DNA of 64,000 nucleotides from Octopus bimaculoides (taxonomy: Eukaryota): assembly GCF_001194135.2 (NCBI RefSeq), contig NC_068991.1, positions 52,903,580 to 52,967,579 of the forward strand, given 5' to 3'. Made by a program: the position numbers and the translations under genes. Position 1 is the stretch's first letter; every line of letters starts with the position of its first letter. The notes below the pieces were generated by a model that saw nothing but the letters and a program-made list of their open reading frames with translations, was not told the origin of the DNA and ran no database searches. Shown one piece after another: positions 51,608 through 64,000 of this stretch.

Positions 51608-53469
51608 AGCTGTATTCTTCCAATTGAAAATTACTGTATACTACTCAACTATCAGAGTATGGTGACACTTGGCAAGACAACCTGGAATTAAAGAACAAAC
51701 TTTCTTCATTTCTTTTCTTGGCCTGTGATGAAATTCCATATTCAGAAACAATTCCAGCATTTCAAACATCTACATCTCTCATAACACATATCCAACATGA
51801 GTCTTCTCCTAAAGACCCCTTTTGTCTATCTTTACCCTTGCTCATCAAGTTGTATTAGGTTTCATAAGTGTGAGTTGGTTTAACAAAAATGATACACCCT
51901 CTCAACTGCTGCCATTTATCATTTATTCATCAGAAATAACCAAATGATTGCATCCTTTGCCCAGAAATAAAAGAAATAAAGTATTTAGTTCAATCTTAAT
52001 CAGAAATTTTTGGAAAATGCTCTGTTTCTAAGCACCACTTCTTTTCTGTAGCCTTTGTGTGAATGTTTCAAAATCCATCTTGTAAAAATACTTGGATGGC
52101 AATAATATATTTTAAAGAAAAACATAAAAGCATCAAGTTACGGATCTTAGTTTGGTGGAATTCACAAAATGTAATGTTAACATTATTGGGGAACCTTAAA
52201 ATTTGAATTAATTAGGGGAAAAAAAAATATTAATGAACTTGTAGTCATTATAAAAAACACTAGAACCATGTTTGGGTTAAACCCAATGATGTATATTAAA
52301 AGCCTCAAGTTGAAATCTTTTTACTGTATGTCACGATCTTCATTTAGGAGTGTTTCATGCATCCGCTGACTATCTATCAAAAATGTTTGAATTTTTTATA
52401 TTGGGAACACACAAATGGTTTTCTTTCTCTCAACATTAAGACAGATAGCCTGTTAAAGCTTATATAGATCAATTAATGGCAGAGAAAACCTTTTTTCTTT
52501 TTGTTAAACTTAAAATGACTAATTTTATGAAGCAAGACAAAATATGCAATAATCATGTGCAAGTTATTCAATGTACATCTCTCAAAACTTATCTGAAGAT
52601 CATCGCAAAAAATATGCACTATTAAGAAAGTTATAAGGAAATTATAAGTGGAGTGAGTTGTGCTGTATGTAAAGATATGTAGCTTTGCCCAGTTTGTCAG
52701 AGATGTGGAAAGTGAGTTTTTTTTATTAAAATTAAATCGCTTAATTTACAGGTTTTAGCATTTGAAATGAAGCGTTTGTTGTCAACAGAATTTGAAAAAC
52801 TGTTAGGTTTTATTTTGAGTCTACAATGATTGAATCTTCTGTCTTAGAAGAGAATAGAAAAGTGATACTTAATGACCAAAATTATGGAACATTTAAAAGA
52901 ATGAATACATAGCTGAAAAGCAATTTGTTGTCATCCATAGATTAAGTCACTTGTTTTCAAACTGGCAATTTGCCCCTTAACCCAAATAATGGTTTCAAAT
53001 TTTTGCACAAGGCCAGTACTTTCAGGGTGGGGTAAGTTGATTACATTGACCCCAGTGTTCAGCTGGTACCTATTTTATCGACCCTGAAAAGACAGACGAA
53101 ATGCCTGGCATGCTAACAATTCTGCCAGCTCACCACCTTCACTCAATCCAAATATTAAAGAAAATTTTGCACCTCCTCCATTTTATTAAAGAAAAGATAA
53201 TAAAATTTGTACGTATGTAACTTTTCTTCACTCACCATTGTGTTCACCATGCCTGTCTTTGTTGCTGGTGAAAATGTCGAAATTTTATTATTATTGTTTT
53301 AAAAAAATTTCCACAAATTGTGGAATTTGTTGTGAAATATGACATAAATTAGAAGAAAAAAAGAAAAAATTAAATTAGAAAAATGGATGAAACAGAGAAC
53401 ACAATTGAAAAAATTACAAAACAATAAACACAAAAAAAAACCAGAAGGAAAACAAAAACAATTCACCAC

Positions 53470-55090
53470 CTTAGTGTAGGCCAAAGTAGGTCACCCTGTT
53501 GGACTCCTAAGGCAGAGGTGATGATTTGGTCACCAAAAGAGAGGTAGGAGGGCTCCTGATAAGCCTGCCATGCAAAGCAGTAGAGTTGTGGGATCCTCCC
53601 TCTTACTGAGCTGAAGACAGTATCATGGCTGACGGAGTTGAATGCATTGTTGAGGTCAAGTTTGAGGATGACCTTGGGTGGCAAGGAGGGCAAGTTGGCA
53701 TAGGCTCTGGTAGCATGGGCAGCAGCTTCACATCCCAATTTGGTGCTCACTCCTAGCTGGGTGGGGCAAAAATTCCTCCTCCAATAGGTTAGAGACCGAT
53801 TGTAAACACACCTTTGCAGTAAGACAGTGAAGGGTGCAGCCAACTGCAATGTGGTGCAGGTCTCCATTGGGTTTAGTGAGCCTGAATAATTTTGCACTGA
53901 AGAACAGTGGGCAGATATAGGGGAGAACGTTCACTGAGGAAAACTGGATCACAAACTGAGTCAAATTCCCCAAGAGCTCAAGTCCAGCATCACCGGCCAA
54001 TAAGGAGATACCATCCTTGAGGTGTTGAAGCTGAAGGCTGTCAATTCCTGCACCTGAACCAGCAGAGAAGGATGAAATCGCCTTTCTAATGTTATCAAAA
54101 GTGAAGACCAGTCTCAAGTATTCTGGGGGATCAGGCCAGTTTAGCTGATTATCTGGGGGTGCTGATGGGTGCTGCTCTTTCAGACGTTTAAGAGACTCAG
54201 AGTTACACAGAGGGAGGATAGAGAAGAGAGGAGACGGACAACCCCTTTTATGTCAAATTTGCTGAATTTGGTATTGACTGCATACTTGAGGTTTATCAGT
54301 TGCCTGTTAGTAGGAACTGTGCTCGATGTTAAATTGAGGTGAGAAGTGGTTGGGGTCGACTCAAATAACTGGAATTGTTGCTTGAGAGAGGATGTAAGGT
54401 AGCCTGATTTCACATCATGCATGTGGAGAGAGATGAGAGGTAACAGAAACAGTTTCTGCTAGTTGGGCGTATTGTTGGATAAACATACGTTTTTCAACAA
54501 GCTGAAGAGTGCATGAGCAAAGCTATTCTGAGCTCCCTTAGGGATCTGGTTAATGAGCTTTTATTTGGATAAACCCTGGAGGATTGCAGCAAAGTCCTCA
54601 GTAGTAAGCTGGTTGTTGCAGTGTGGGGCATCTCCACAGAGTGCATTGGATATGAAATGGCACTGACTGTAGGTCCTGTATGGAAGCCTTTCGGCTTGAG
54701 CCTTGGTGACGCGGACACAACTTCTGTGGTAATTTTGGTGGCACAGATGACAATTAATTGTTTATAGGTATTGGCTAGTGCGAGCACAGAGAGCAGTCAG
54801 GTAGTGAGCTAATATTGACCGACAGTAGAGTGCCAGCATAGGAACTCAGTCGAGGAAGTGAATTAACAGAGGAGGCAGGGCAAGCAGTATTGGTTCCAAC
54901 GGTGGACTAAAACGGATGTCGGGTGGTGCGGGGGAGGGAGGGTTAAAAGTTGTAGGAGTGGTGGGGTTGGCAGGGCTAATTCTGTTCGGAACCTGTGGTG
55001 GAGAGAGGTTAGCTTCTCTCGAGCATACCGAAGTTGGTGGAGAATGATAGGTCAAAGGTTGATCTAGTGACAAGTAGCAATTTGTAAGTC
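53470..55090 (-). mobile_element. CRE/SLACS-clade-like non-LTR retrotransposon remnant
   Basis: SFSAGSGAGID...QHLKD, HIAVGCTLHCLTAK, QLGVSTKLGCEAAAHATR, LKLDLNNAFNS, GVQQGD. Frameshifted and truncated in the RT. Confidence 0.8.
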
Positions 55091-55899
55091 TCTTCTTCGA
55101 TCCTCATAGCTTCTTCCCCCATGGAAAGCCCTGTTTTAAACAATACACAAGTAGCTTGCTATAAATGTTACATTATACAGTATAAATATAAATTCGCTTG
55201 AATATACCATTCGTATGTTGAATGCAACGACATAGAAAGAAATTATTGAACTTTACAGAGTTTGTACTTCTGAGAAGATTGCCAATATTAATTGTACAAC
55301 GTACCATTTTCAAATTTCCTAAGCATTTGCCACCAGTATTTATTAGCTTTCAGAAAAATGCATTATGTATCTATTTATTACATAAGTTTAATATAGAACT
55401 ACTTTGATTTGTAAATTAACCTTACGACCATCATGACAGAAGAGCACTGGTCAAAGCCGCTCCCCATCGTATACCAGTACAATATTTCCTTTATCTAAAA
55501 TTATCATTGCAATTTAAAACCCTTACTACCATAATAATATTTGTTTTGTGAAAAACTTCCTCCCTTCCCCCGTCTTTTTTTTTTTTGCCAAAAACTCACC
55601 TTTTCGGTTACGGAGATTCCAGAAAATTGCCAAAAATTGGAATTTTGAAATTTGTTGCCCCCCCCCTNNNNNNNNNNNNNNNNNNNNNNNNNNNNNNNNN
55701 NNNNNNNNNNNNNNNNNNNNNNNNNNNNNNNNNNNNNNNNNNNNNNNNNNNNNNNNNNNNNNNNNNNNNNNNNNNNNNNNNNNNNNNNNNNNNNNNNNNN
55801 NNNNNNNNNNNNNNNNNNNNNNNNNNNNNNNNNNNNNNNNNNNNNNNNNNNNNNNNNNNNNNNNNNNNNNNACCAAAACACCACCCCTAGTAGAAAAAG

Positions 55900-56145
55900 T
55901 TTTGAAAATTTTTTTCAGAATCATAATCTCCGTATTTTTCCGCATATTTTGAAAAAAAAAAAAATTGTGAAAACAGTTGAAAATGAATTTGACGGGGGAA
56001 GGGTAATTTCAAAATGTCGATTTTTGCCAATTTTTTTTTGCAGATTCGTATTCTCCGTAGCCGAAAACGGGGGTTTGTGTAGAAAAAAAATTAAATAGAA
56101 AAAGGGGTGTTTTTTTTTTGGGGGGGGGGTACAAAAGGGAGTCTT
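55900..56145. repeat. Unclassified dispersed repeat, possibly Helitron/Helentron-derived; copies at about 19780-19920, 55540-55660, 57240-57320
   Basis: Shared GATTTTTGCCAATTTTTTTT.CAGATTCGTA.TCTCCGTA.CCGAAAACGGGGGTTT block. Confidence 0.55.
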
Positions 56146-57665
56146 GCCTTGTTTATTTTGCTGGAATCCTATCAATATTGTTATCATTTTTTAAAAATGT
56201 TTGCGAAGCTGTAAAAAAATGTTCATGCTTGAGAAAGCGAAACGTTACTTTACACAATACGACAAAGTATAGTGGTGAACTATTAAGGCTGTTTCATCAT
56301 TAATTGTGAAATGTTTACGTTGTTACATCAGTTCTCAATACCGGATATAACCATGTGACGTCGAAAAAAAATTTCAGACCGCTCTAATTTGTTTCCAGTA
56401 ACTCATCTCCTTCAACTACAACAATAATAATATACTATCACAATTAATAATTTCTACTAGATGTATGAAAAATTTTACAATCTACTCCTTTTTAATTAGA
56501 AATTAGCCGAAGATGGTCTTTATCGTTGTTTACATCATATTATTTAACTTTGGGGAGACTGAAGCTGATTGTTTACTTCCGTGTCCAAAATATCACAATG
56601 TAAGTACTTTAACTCTTTTAATTCATTGTTACAATCCTATTCTTTATTATTAAACTACTTTAATAATTAAATTAATCAACTAGTTAAATTATTAGGTGGA
56701 ATAACAAATATATGTTTAATAGAAAGTCATTGTTTTGAAGAAGGAAGTATGTATATTTTGTGATTTTCACCTTTTTCACACTTATTGTGGAACAATATCA
56801 TTTCAAAATCGAATCTAATCGTTTCTTCTGATAATTATTGTTTATGAAGTGTTTTACGAACAAGGAAAATACGCAAGCCATTCTTTTTCTTAGGTTATTA
56901 ACTACTCGAAAGTTAAATTAAGAAAGGTTTGAACTAATGGCGTAAGCAGTCAACAGGTTTCATATTCAGTTACAATGATCATTTTAAGCAGCTTTCCGAG
57001 TAGTGTGTGTGTGTATCAGTGTGAATGAGTTTATTTCCGACTTCTTTTTGCCCAAAATTTCTTCGGATTTGTATGTTTCAATATATATGATTTTGCCCCA
57101 AAATCACGTTTTCAAAATTTTAATTTCTCAGTTCCCCATCCTAATTTCGTAATTTTTAACTTTTTTTCGAATTGTTTTTTTGGTAGAGATGGACTATATG
57201 TAATCTGAACCTTTCCCCCGCCTTATTTATTATTATTTTTTTTTACGGAATCCGACGTTTTAGGCTATGGAGATTCCGATTCTGAAAAAAAAAATTTTTT
57301 TAAATTTCAATTCCCCCCCCCCACCAAGCAGGCTATTTACATGCTAGAAATAACAGCNNNNNNNNNNNNNNNNNNNNNNNNNNNNNNNNNNNNNNNNNNN
57401 NNNNNNNNNNNNNNNNNNNNNNNNNNNNNNNNNNNNNNNNNNNNNNNNNNNNNNNNNNNNNNNNNNNNNNNNNNNNNNNNNNNNNNNNNNNNNNNNNNNN
57501 NNNNNNNNNNNNNNNNNNNNNNNNNNNNNNNNNNNNNNNNNNNNNNNNNNNNNNNNNNNNNNNNNNNNNNNNNNNNNNNNNNNNNNNNNNNNNNNNNNNN
57601 NNNNNNNNNNNNNNNNNNNNNNNNNNNNNNNNNNNNNNNNNNNNNNNNNNNNNNNNNNNNNNNNN

Positions 57666-58080
57666 GAAAATTTAATATAAAAATATATTTTCTGAAATTG
57701 CAAATTATTTAAAATATAATTTTCAACAGAGAGAATTTATCAAAATAGAAAACATATGAAGTTTAAAGTTTAAAAATAATAGGATCGACCACTCACGACT
57801 AGCTAGCGCGGACGCGCGACTGCGCGTTCGGGACCACTCTGCTTTAGTAGTACCCTTATACTCTGTGTGTTTTCAAACGCATGGATATAGGTGTCAAATT
57901 TGTTCCAATAACTTTCGAGTGATAGATAGAGAGAGAGAGATAGATACACAGACAGACAGATAGCTCGCTCCGGCCAGTCATGGTATTAGCTGTCAGTAGC
58001 CAAAGAATCAACTCAAACCAGCAGTAACGTTCCTTGTCAGTTCTACTTTCAATTCTGACAGCTAATACCATGACAGTGCC
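57666..58080. mobile_element. Second copy of the GGCAC MITE, left end lost in a gap
   Basis: Almost identical to about 34410-34853. Confidence 0.9.
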
Positions 58081-58254
58081 AAAAAAACTTCCTTTCAAGT
58101 TTATATGGAAGATCAGGTTTTTAAATGCGCTCATCACAAACACGAATTACAAAATAAAAATGTCTCATTTCAACTAAGTTGAGCTGTTTTTCTTTGCGCA
58201 TGCACACAGCATAACAATTCAAGGCATTCTCTTAATTCGTAATGAAGTTTTTAC

Positions 58255-59145
58255 CTAGTCTGTGTGTGTGTGTGTGTGTGTGTGCAAAAAAAATTTTTTT
58301 TTACGTACCTTTCTTAATTTCAAAATAAGCAAAGCTTGAACAATACTTCCAAAATTGTACTTCAGCCATGACTGTTAAGTCCCCAAGAAGTAACTCTGTG
58401 CGGATATTTGTAGAGGTGACAGTGCAAGAGAAACATTATGAAAAAGCACACATAAATATGGTATTAAAATAAGTTATCTTTACAGACCATGTTGCAATTA
58501 TCTATGTGATTGATAGTAAAGTGTCTATAAAATGAAATTAAATCCAGGATTCGTCACAAATCGATCAAGTTAGTGAAGTTTTAACATTTTGTGACAACAT
58601 AGTGTCTCCATACATTCTAATGAAAAAGTGAAAGAAAGATATAATGTCACTCTCTCTTTGGAAGAGAAGTTAGTTTTTGACATTTGCACGCCTCAACTTT
58701 TTTTCCCCCTAAAAATTTCTTCAGATTCCTGTTTTCAATATCGGAGATTAGGATTTTGCCCCCCCCCCCCTCAAACACGTTCTCCCGCTTTGACTGCTTC
58801 TGGTTTTCTCTGCTTTTCTATCAACACCAAAATTAATTTCTCTTCCTAAGAGAGAATGGCATTATCTCTTTCTTTAATTGTTTCATTAGAATGTATGGAG
58901 ACACTAAGTTGTCACAAAAATGTTAAAACTTTACCAGCTTAATCTCTGACTAAACCTGGATTTAATTTCATTTTATACACACTTTGCTATCAATTATATA
59001 GATAATTGAAAACATGGCCTGTAAAGATGACTTATTTTAATACAATATTTACGTGTACATATTTTGAAAGCATTGTTCAAGTTTTTCTTATTTTGGAATT
59101 GAGAAAGGTATGTAAAAATAGCTTCCTTTGCACACACACACACAC
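58255..59145. repeat. Large foldback element bounded by (GT)n and (CA)n
   Basis: GACAACATAGTGTCTCCATACATTCTAATGAAA / TTTCATTAGAATGTATGGAGACACTAAGTTGTC plus further paired blocks outward. Confidence 0.8.
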
Positions 59146-60349
59146 TCTCTCTCTCTCTCTCTCTCTCTCTCTAGGTAAAACTTCCGTACGAATTATGCTA
59201 TTTCTTGCTGTTTGCACGTGCAAAATTACAGTTCTGATCTTTTGGCGGGGTTCTGATCGAAACACATGCTCAAAACCCCTCATAACTTCCATAATTTTAA
59301 GAATTTTCACAAATTTGTTCCAATTCTGTCATCTGCATAATGGAGTTAGTATGATTATCTAATGTGGAGTCGCGATGGCCGAGTGGTTAGGGCAGCAGAC
59401 TCGCGGTAATAGGATCGCGGTTTCGATTCCCAGACCGGGCGTTGTGAGTGTTTATTGAGCGAAAACACCTAAAGTTCCACGAGGCTCCGGCAGGGGATGG
59501 TGGCGAACCCTGCTGTACTCTTTCGCCACAACTTTCTCTCACTCTTTGTTTCTGTTGTGCCTGTAATTCAAAGGGTCAGCCTTGTTATACTGTCACGCTG
59601 AATATCCCCGAGAACTACGTTAAGGGTACACGTGTGTGTGGAGTGCTCAGCCACTTGCACGTTAATTTCACGAGCAGGCTGTTCCGTTGATCGAATCAAC
59701 TGGAACCCTCGACAGGAACAGGAAGAAAGGGTGAGAGAAAGAGTACAGCAGGGTTCACCACCATCCCCTGCCAGAGCCTCGTGGAGCTTTAGGTGTTTTC
59801 GCTCAATAAACACTCACAACACCCGGTCTGGGAATCGAAACCGCGATTCTATGACTGTGAGTCCGCTGCCCTAACCACTGGGCCATTGCGCCTCCACTAA
59901 GCGTATTCTATACAGAAAATATCTGATTCTCTGCTATAAACTATATATATTTATACACACACACACATATAAACATAACTTTTACACACACACACACACA
60001 CACATGTATATCATCATCATCATTTAGCATCATGTACCATGCTGGCATTTGATGGGATCTTTAGAGTCCCAAGAATGCATTGTGCTATTTTGGCATTATG
60101 TCTATGGCTGGATGTCCTCCCTAATGCCAACCATTTTACAGTGTGTACTGAGTGCTTTTCTCATGCCACCAACACTAGTGAGGTCACCATGTAGCTGATA
60201 AATCTACTAAATCTGAGGTGGTTGCAGCAGTGGGGGTGTCTTTATGCTTGGTGGGTATTAAGACATGAGCAATAGACTTGGAGTAGTGCTGGTTCTTGTC
60301 GTAGGGGAGCTCCATGGCTTGTTACATTTAGAATGAACCAGTGGTATTA

Positions 60350-60848
60350 TCTGAGTAGATAACCTGTTGAGGCAAGTGAATCGGAATCGAAATCGAATTA
60401 AATTCGACGACTGGCACCCATACCAACGTCATCTCCTTCATTGGACATGAAACTCAGGTTGCGGAGACCTGTTGGGGCAAGCGAAAGCGAAATTGTGATG
60501 GCACCTGTGCCCAGCGTCGACTTTCTGGCACTTGTGCCAGCGGCATAAGTAAGGACTTTCGAGCGAGATCGTTGTCAGTGTCCCTGGACTGGCTCTTGTG
60601 CGGGTGGCACGTAAAATACACCATTTTGAGCGTGGCCGTTGCCAGTACCGCCTGACTGGCCTTTGTGCCGGTGGCACGTAAAAGCACCCACTACACTCTC
60701 GGAGTGGTTGGCGTTAGGAAGGGCATCCAGCTGTAGAAACTCTGCCAAATCAGATTGGAGCCTGGTGTAGCCATCTGGTTCACCAGTCCTCAGTCAAATC
60801 GTCCAACCCATGCTAGCATGGAAAGCGGACGTTAAACGACGATGATGA
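60350..60848 (+). mobile_element. Longer copy of the young RTE-type tail element
   Basis: Shares about 250 nt almost identically with 50640-50895. Confidence 0.8.
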
Positions 60849-61134
60849 TAACCAGTGGTGATGAGGTTTCCAGGTGGCTCTTCAAGGTACGAGGTGAGTA
60901 GTAGTGAATAGAGACAGATGTGTGTGTTCTTGTTTTGATATTGTATGATAGTTGTAAATGAGTGTCATTCATTTCCAATATTCTGCAAAAACATGTTTAG
61001 AAACAGGTGAGGATTGGTGACAGGAAGAGCATCCAACTGTAGAAAATCTGCCTCAGTAAACTCTGATCAACCCATGCAAGCACAGATAAGTAGATAATAA
61101 AATGGCAGCAACGATGATGATGATGATGTTGATT

Positions 61135-61760
61135 ATTATTATTATTATTGTTCAGTAGTTTTATTTTTATAACGTGCTTTCACTTCACTACCGAGCGCAG
61201 CTCTGTGCGCCTTGGGTATGTGCTGTGGTTTGCTGTGGTGCTCTTATGTTTACTGTATTGAAAGTGTTTTGCGTAGAATGTGTGCAGTACCCAGTAGTGC
61301 AATTTTCTGTATGTTATATATATTTGTAAGTCCTGGTGTTTTTGTTATGTATTTGTCTGAATATTATTTTATTATACCTAAGGCACCTACTATGATAGGA
61401 ATTGTTTCTGTTTTTAGATTCCACATTCGAGTTATCTCTATTTCCAGGTCTTTGTATTTTGAAAGTTTTTCCATTTCTTTTAGAGAAACGTTGTCATCTG
61501 CTGGTATTGATACATCAATTAGAAAGCATTTTTTTTCTTCATGATCTTTGACAACTATATCTGGTCTATTTGTCTTAATTTCTCTATCTGTGTGTATTGG
61601 CATATCCCAGAGTATGGTTGCTTTCTCGTTTTCTGTGACCTTTTCTGGCGTGTGTTTATACCATCTTTTTTCTGTTGTTATTCCATAGTGTTGGCATAGC
61701 TTCCAGTGTATATAGGTCCCAGCTCTGTCGTGTCTGTGAATATATTCCTATTATTATTAT
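61135..61760 (-). mobile_element. R4/Dong-like element 3' end with restriction-like endonuclease
   Basis: NRPDIVV...LIDVSIP...EKLSKYKDL...PIIVGALG (PD-D/ExK). (TAA)n at both ends. Confidence 0.85.
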
Positions 61761-62448
61761 TATTATTAAGCAAATTCAGCTGAGGTCGACTTTGCCTTTC
61801 ATCTTTGCAGGGTCAATAAAGTAAGTTCCAGTGAAACCCTGGGGTTGATGTAATCGACTAGTCCCCTCCCCCAAAATTTGAGGCCTTGTACTTCCAGTAG
61901 AAATTATTTAGGCAAATTCCGCCGCGGTCGACTCTGCCTTTCATCCTTTCTGGGTCGGTAAAATATGTACCAGTTGAACACTGGGGTCAATGTATTTGAC
62001 TCATCCCCACCTCCCCCAAGCTGCCCTTGTGACAAAAATTTGAAATAATAATTATTATTATTAGATTCAAATTACGACAAACGTAAACAAACAAACGAAG
62101 TTTGCTTTTAGAAGCGTTGAGATGTCTTAGAAAGTTAAAGTGATTTTAAATTCTCAATCGCAGAATAATGCTAATAATATAGCTTGAACAGGATAAACTA
62201 CCCCTATTATTATTAGGTATAACACTTGTCTGCTGTTTTTTATGATCTTCATTAAAATTTCCCTTGTTTTTTTTCTTTTCTTTATCAACAGAATTTTGAT
62301 TGTAATTTCTACAATTCTAGTAAGTAGAACATCTTTGACAGTTTCTTTATTTTCTTTTATTAAACATTTCTTTTATTTTCTTTAAAAATATATTTGCATC
62401 TAAAATCTTAAATAATTTGCATAATAATCTTCTGTACACACATCTATG

Positions 62449-62485
<37 letters not shown>

Positions 62486-62499
62486 GAATGTTTATTAGT

Positions 62500-62950
62500 T
62501 CCAGTTTTGACCCTGATCAAATAGATCTATGATGTAAGATGTCTATGGTTTGAACATTCTATCTTTCTGTTTGCCCATGGCTACATTCCAAAATGTGTCC
62601 TTTCTGTTTTAAGGTCATAGAATACAATTAGAAAGGGATATAACTGTTATTTCTAGCAGATGGAGCAACTGTATAGAAGTTTCTGCAATGAAGGTTTTAT
62701 ACCCAGTTAAGCTATTTCCTGACACTGACTCCTACTATAGATTTTCAAACCAGTGAAGAAGCTTTTAAGTCATGGATAGAAATAGCAGCTAAATCTCCCT
62801 CAACTCACACCTTGTTTTTTATAAAGAAGAAAGGTTACATTTGACAAAGTAATTTTAAATACATTAACATCTAGAAGAAAGACTTGATAGCCACAACTGA
62901 AATTTCTTTGATCATAAATCTGCTTGGTAAAGGCTGATCTGGAGATAATA
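62500..62950. repeat. Diverged foldback/MITE of the AATAGCAGCTAAATC family
   Basis: Imperfect inverted arms; motif related to 24220-24270 and 26490-26530. Confidence 0.5.
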
Positions 62951-64000
62951 CTAACTGCCAAAGCCAACATACAGTACAATTGATTGAGTAAGATTATCTC
63001 ATTTAATTTCTATTTCTTGCTGTAAAGCAATTTAAGTGTGTGGTTATAGGAAACCATTTGTAAGTAGTGTGTTGGATAAAAATAAATTTACTTATATGTT
63101 CTGCTTAAATCTATGGAAGCAGGCATGTTTAGAAAATTTACTTCATAACTATATGACATTTTGGGTAAATGTCTTCTATTGTAGCTTCAAAGTGATGAAT
63201 ATGAATGGAATTTCATTGGCAGAAACTTTGCTGAAGCCTGTTGTATATGTTTGTGCGGATGAATTGTAAATAAATTGACATGGATACATTTAACAACCAT
63301 ATATATTTAGCTTTACCATGCAAATACACTCCATGGTTATCCACATACATGTATCTTACATGTATGGATGATTACAGTGCATTAGAGCAAATTAATCATT
63401 AAGGAGCATGTAGCCTTTTTCCGTCTAAATATGGTTGATTGATTGATCTATCATGTTGCTGTCAGCTTAGATGCCGAGTCTCCTTGGGGGTAGGCTCTGT
63501 CTCTCTAATTTATTCTTTTCATTCAAGAATTTCTGATAATAACACTTCCATGCCTCTTTCTCTTCAGTATTTGTAAGGACAACTGCTCAGTTATGGTTCC
63601 TGATAGACTCTGTAAAGTGGTTAGCATTAGAAAGGACATCTGGTCATAGAAACCATGCCAAAGCAGATAGTAGAGCTTGGTGCAGTCTTGTGACCTATCA
63701 AACCATCCAGTCCATGCCAACTAGGAAAACAGATATTAACCCTTTTGATATCAACCTGCCTGAAACCGCCTCTGGCTCTGTAGTACAAATGTCTTGTTTT
63801 CAAAAGTTCTGAATTAAAATCTTTTGCCAAACCTTAGTCACAATTTATGTTCCTAACACTAGCTTAATGATAACTAAGTTATTTTACTAAATTCTTTGTT
63901 ATATTTAAAATTAATTGAAGGAGACACAGAACATCCACTAGCATAACTAGAGTGTGTGCTTTTCAGGGCAGCCCTTCCTTTTGCTGCCCCTGGACCCCAC

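Noticed and set aside
3969-57712. Long track ORFs containing X runs (e.g. 28125-29435, 23623-24207, 30108-30971, 55504-56098)
   Set aside because: They span assembly gaps of N. Only the Tc1 ORF at 44348 has real coding flanks.
63036-63269. Plus-strand ORF or possible exon (LQSDEYEWNFIGRNFAEACC in another frame)
   Set aside because: No convincing donor and no partner exon in the window.

Overview
AT-rich animal genomic DNA, almost certainly a coleoid cephalopod (Octopus-like tRNA-derived SINEs, RTE tails, dense CA/TA/CAT microsatellites), with 10 assembly gaps. Most of the ORF track is artefact (N runs, microsatellites) or decayed transposons. Two host genes are supportable. (1) A plus-strand multi-pass membrane protein gene (coding exons 35153-35350 and 39776-40711, about 377 aa, possibly with an extra 64-nt exon) that I recognise by eye as a homologue of fungal Ice2p, SERINC superfamily. 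(2) An unidentified minus-strand gene with phase-compatible exons at about 11773-11706, 11180-11062 and 3008-2924, probably starting near 17.6 kb. The genes appear divergent and flank a CpG-retaining interval crowded with nested foldback/MITE elements. Retroelement remnants come from Penelope, RTE, CR1-like, R4/Dong-like, CRE-like and Gypsy groups, plus Tc1 and hAT transposase remnants. Three hammerhead-ribozyme-like motifs occur, two of them in Penelope termini and showing stem covariation. No database searches were run; family calls rest on remembered motifs.
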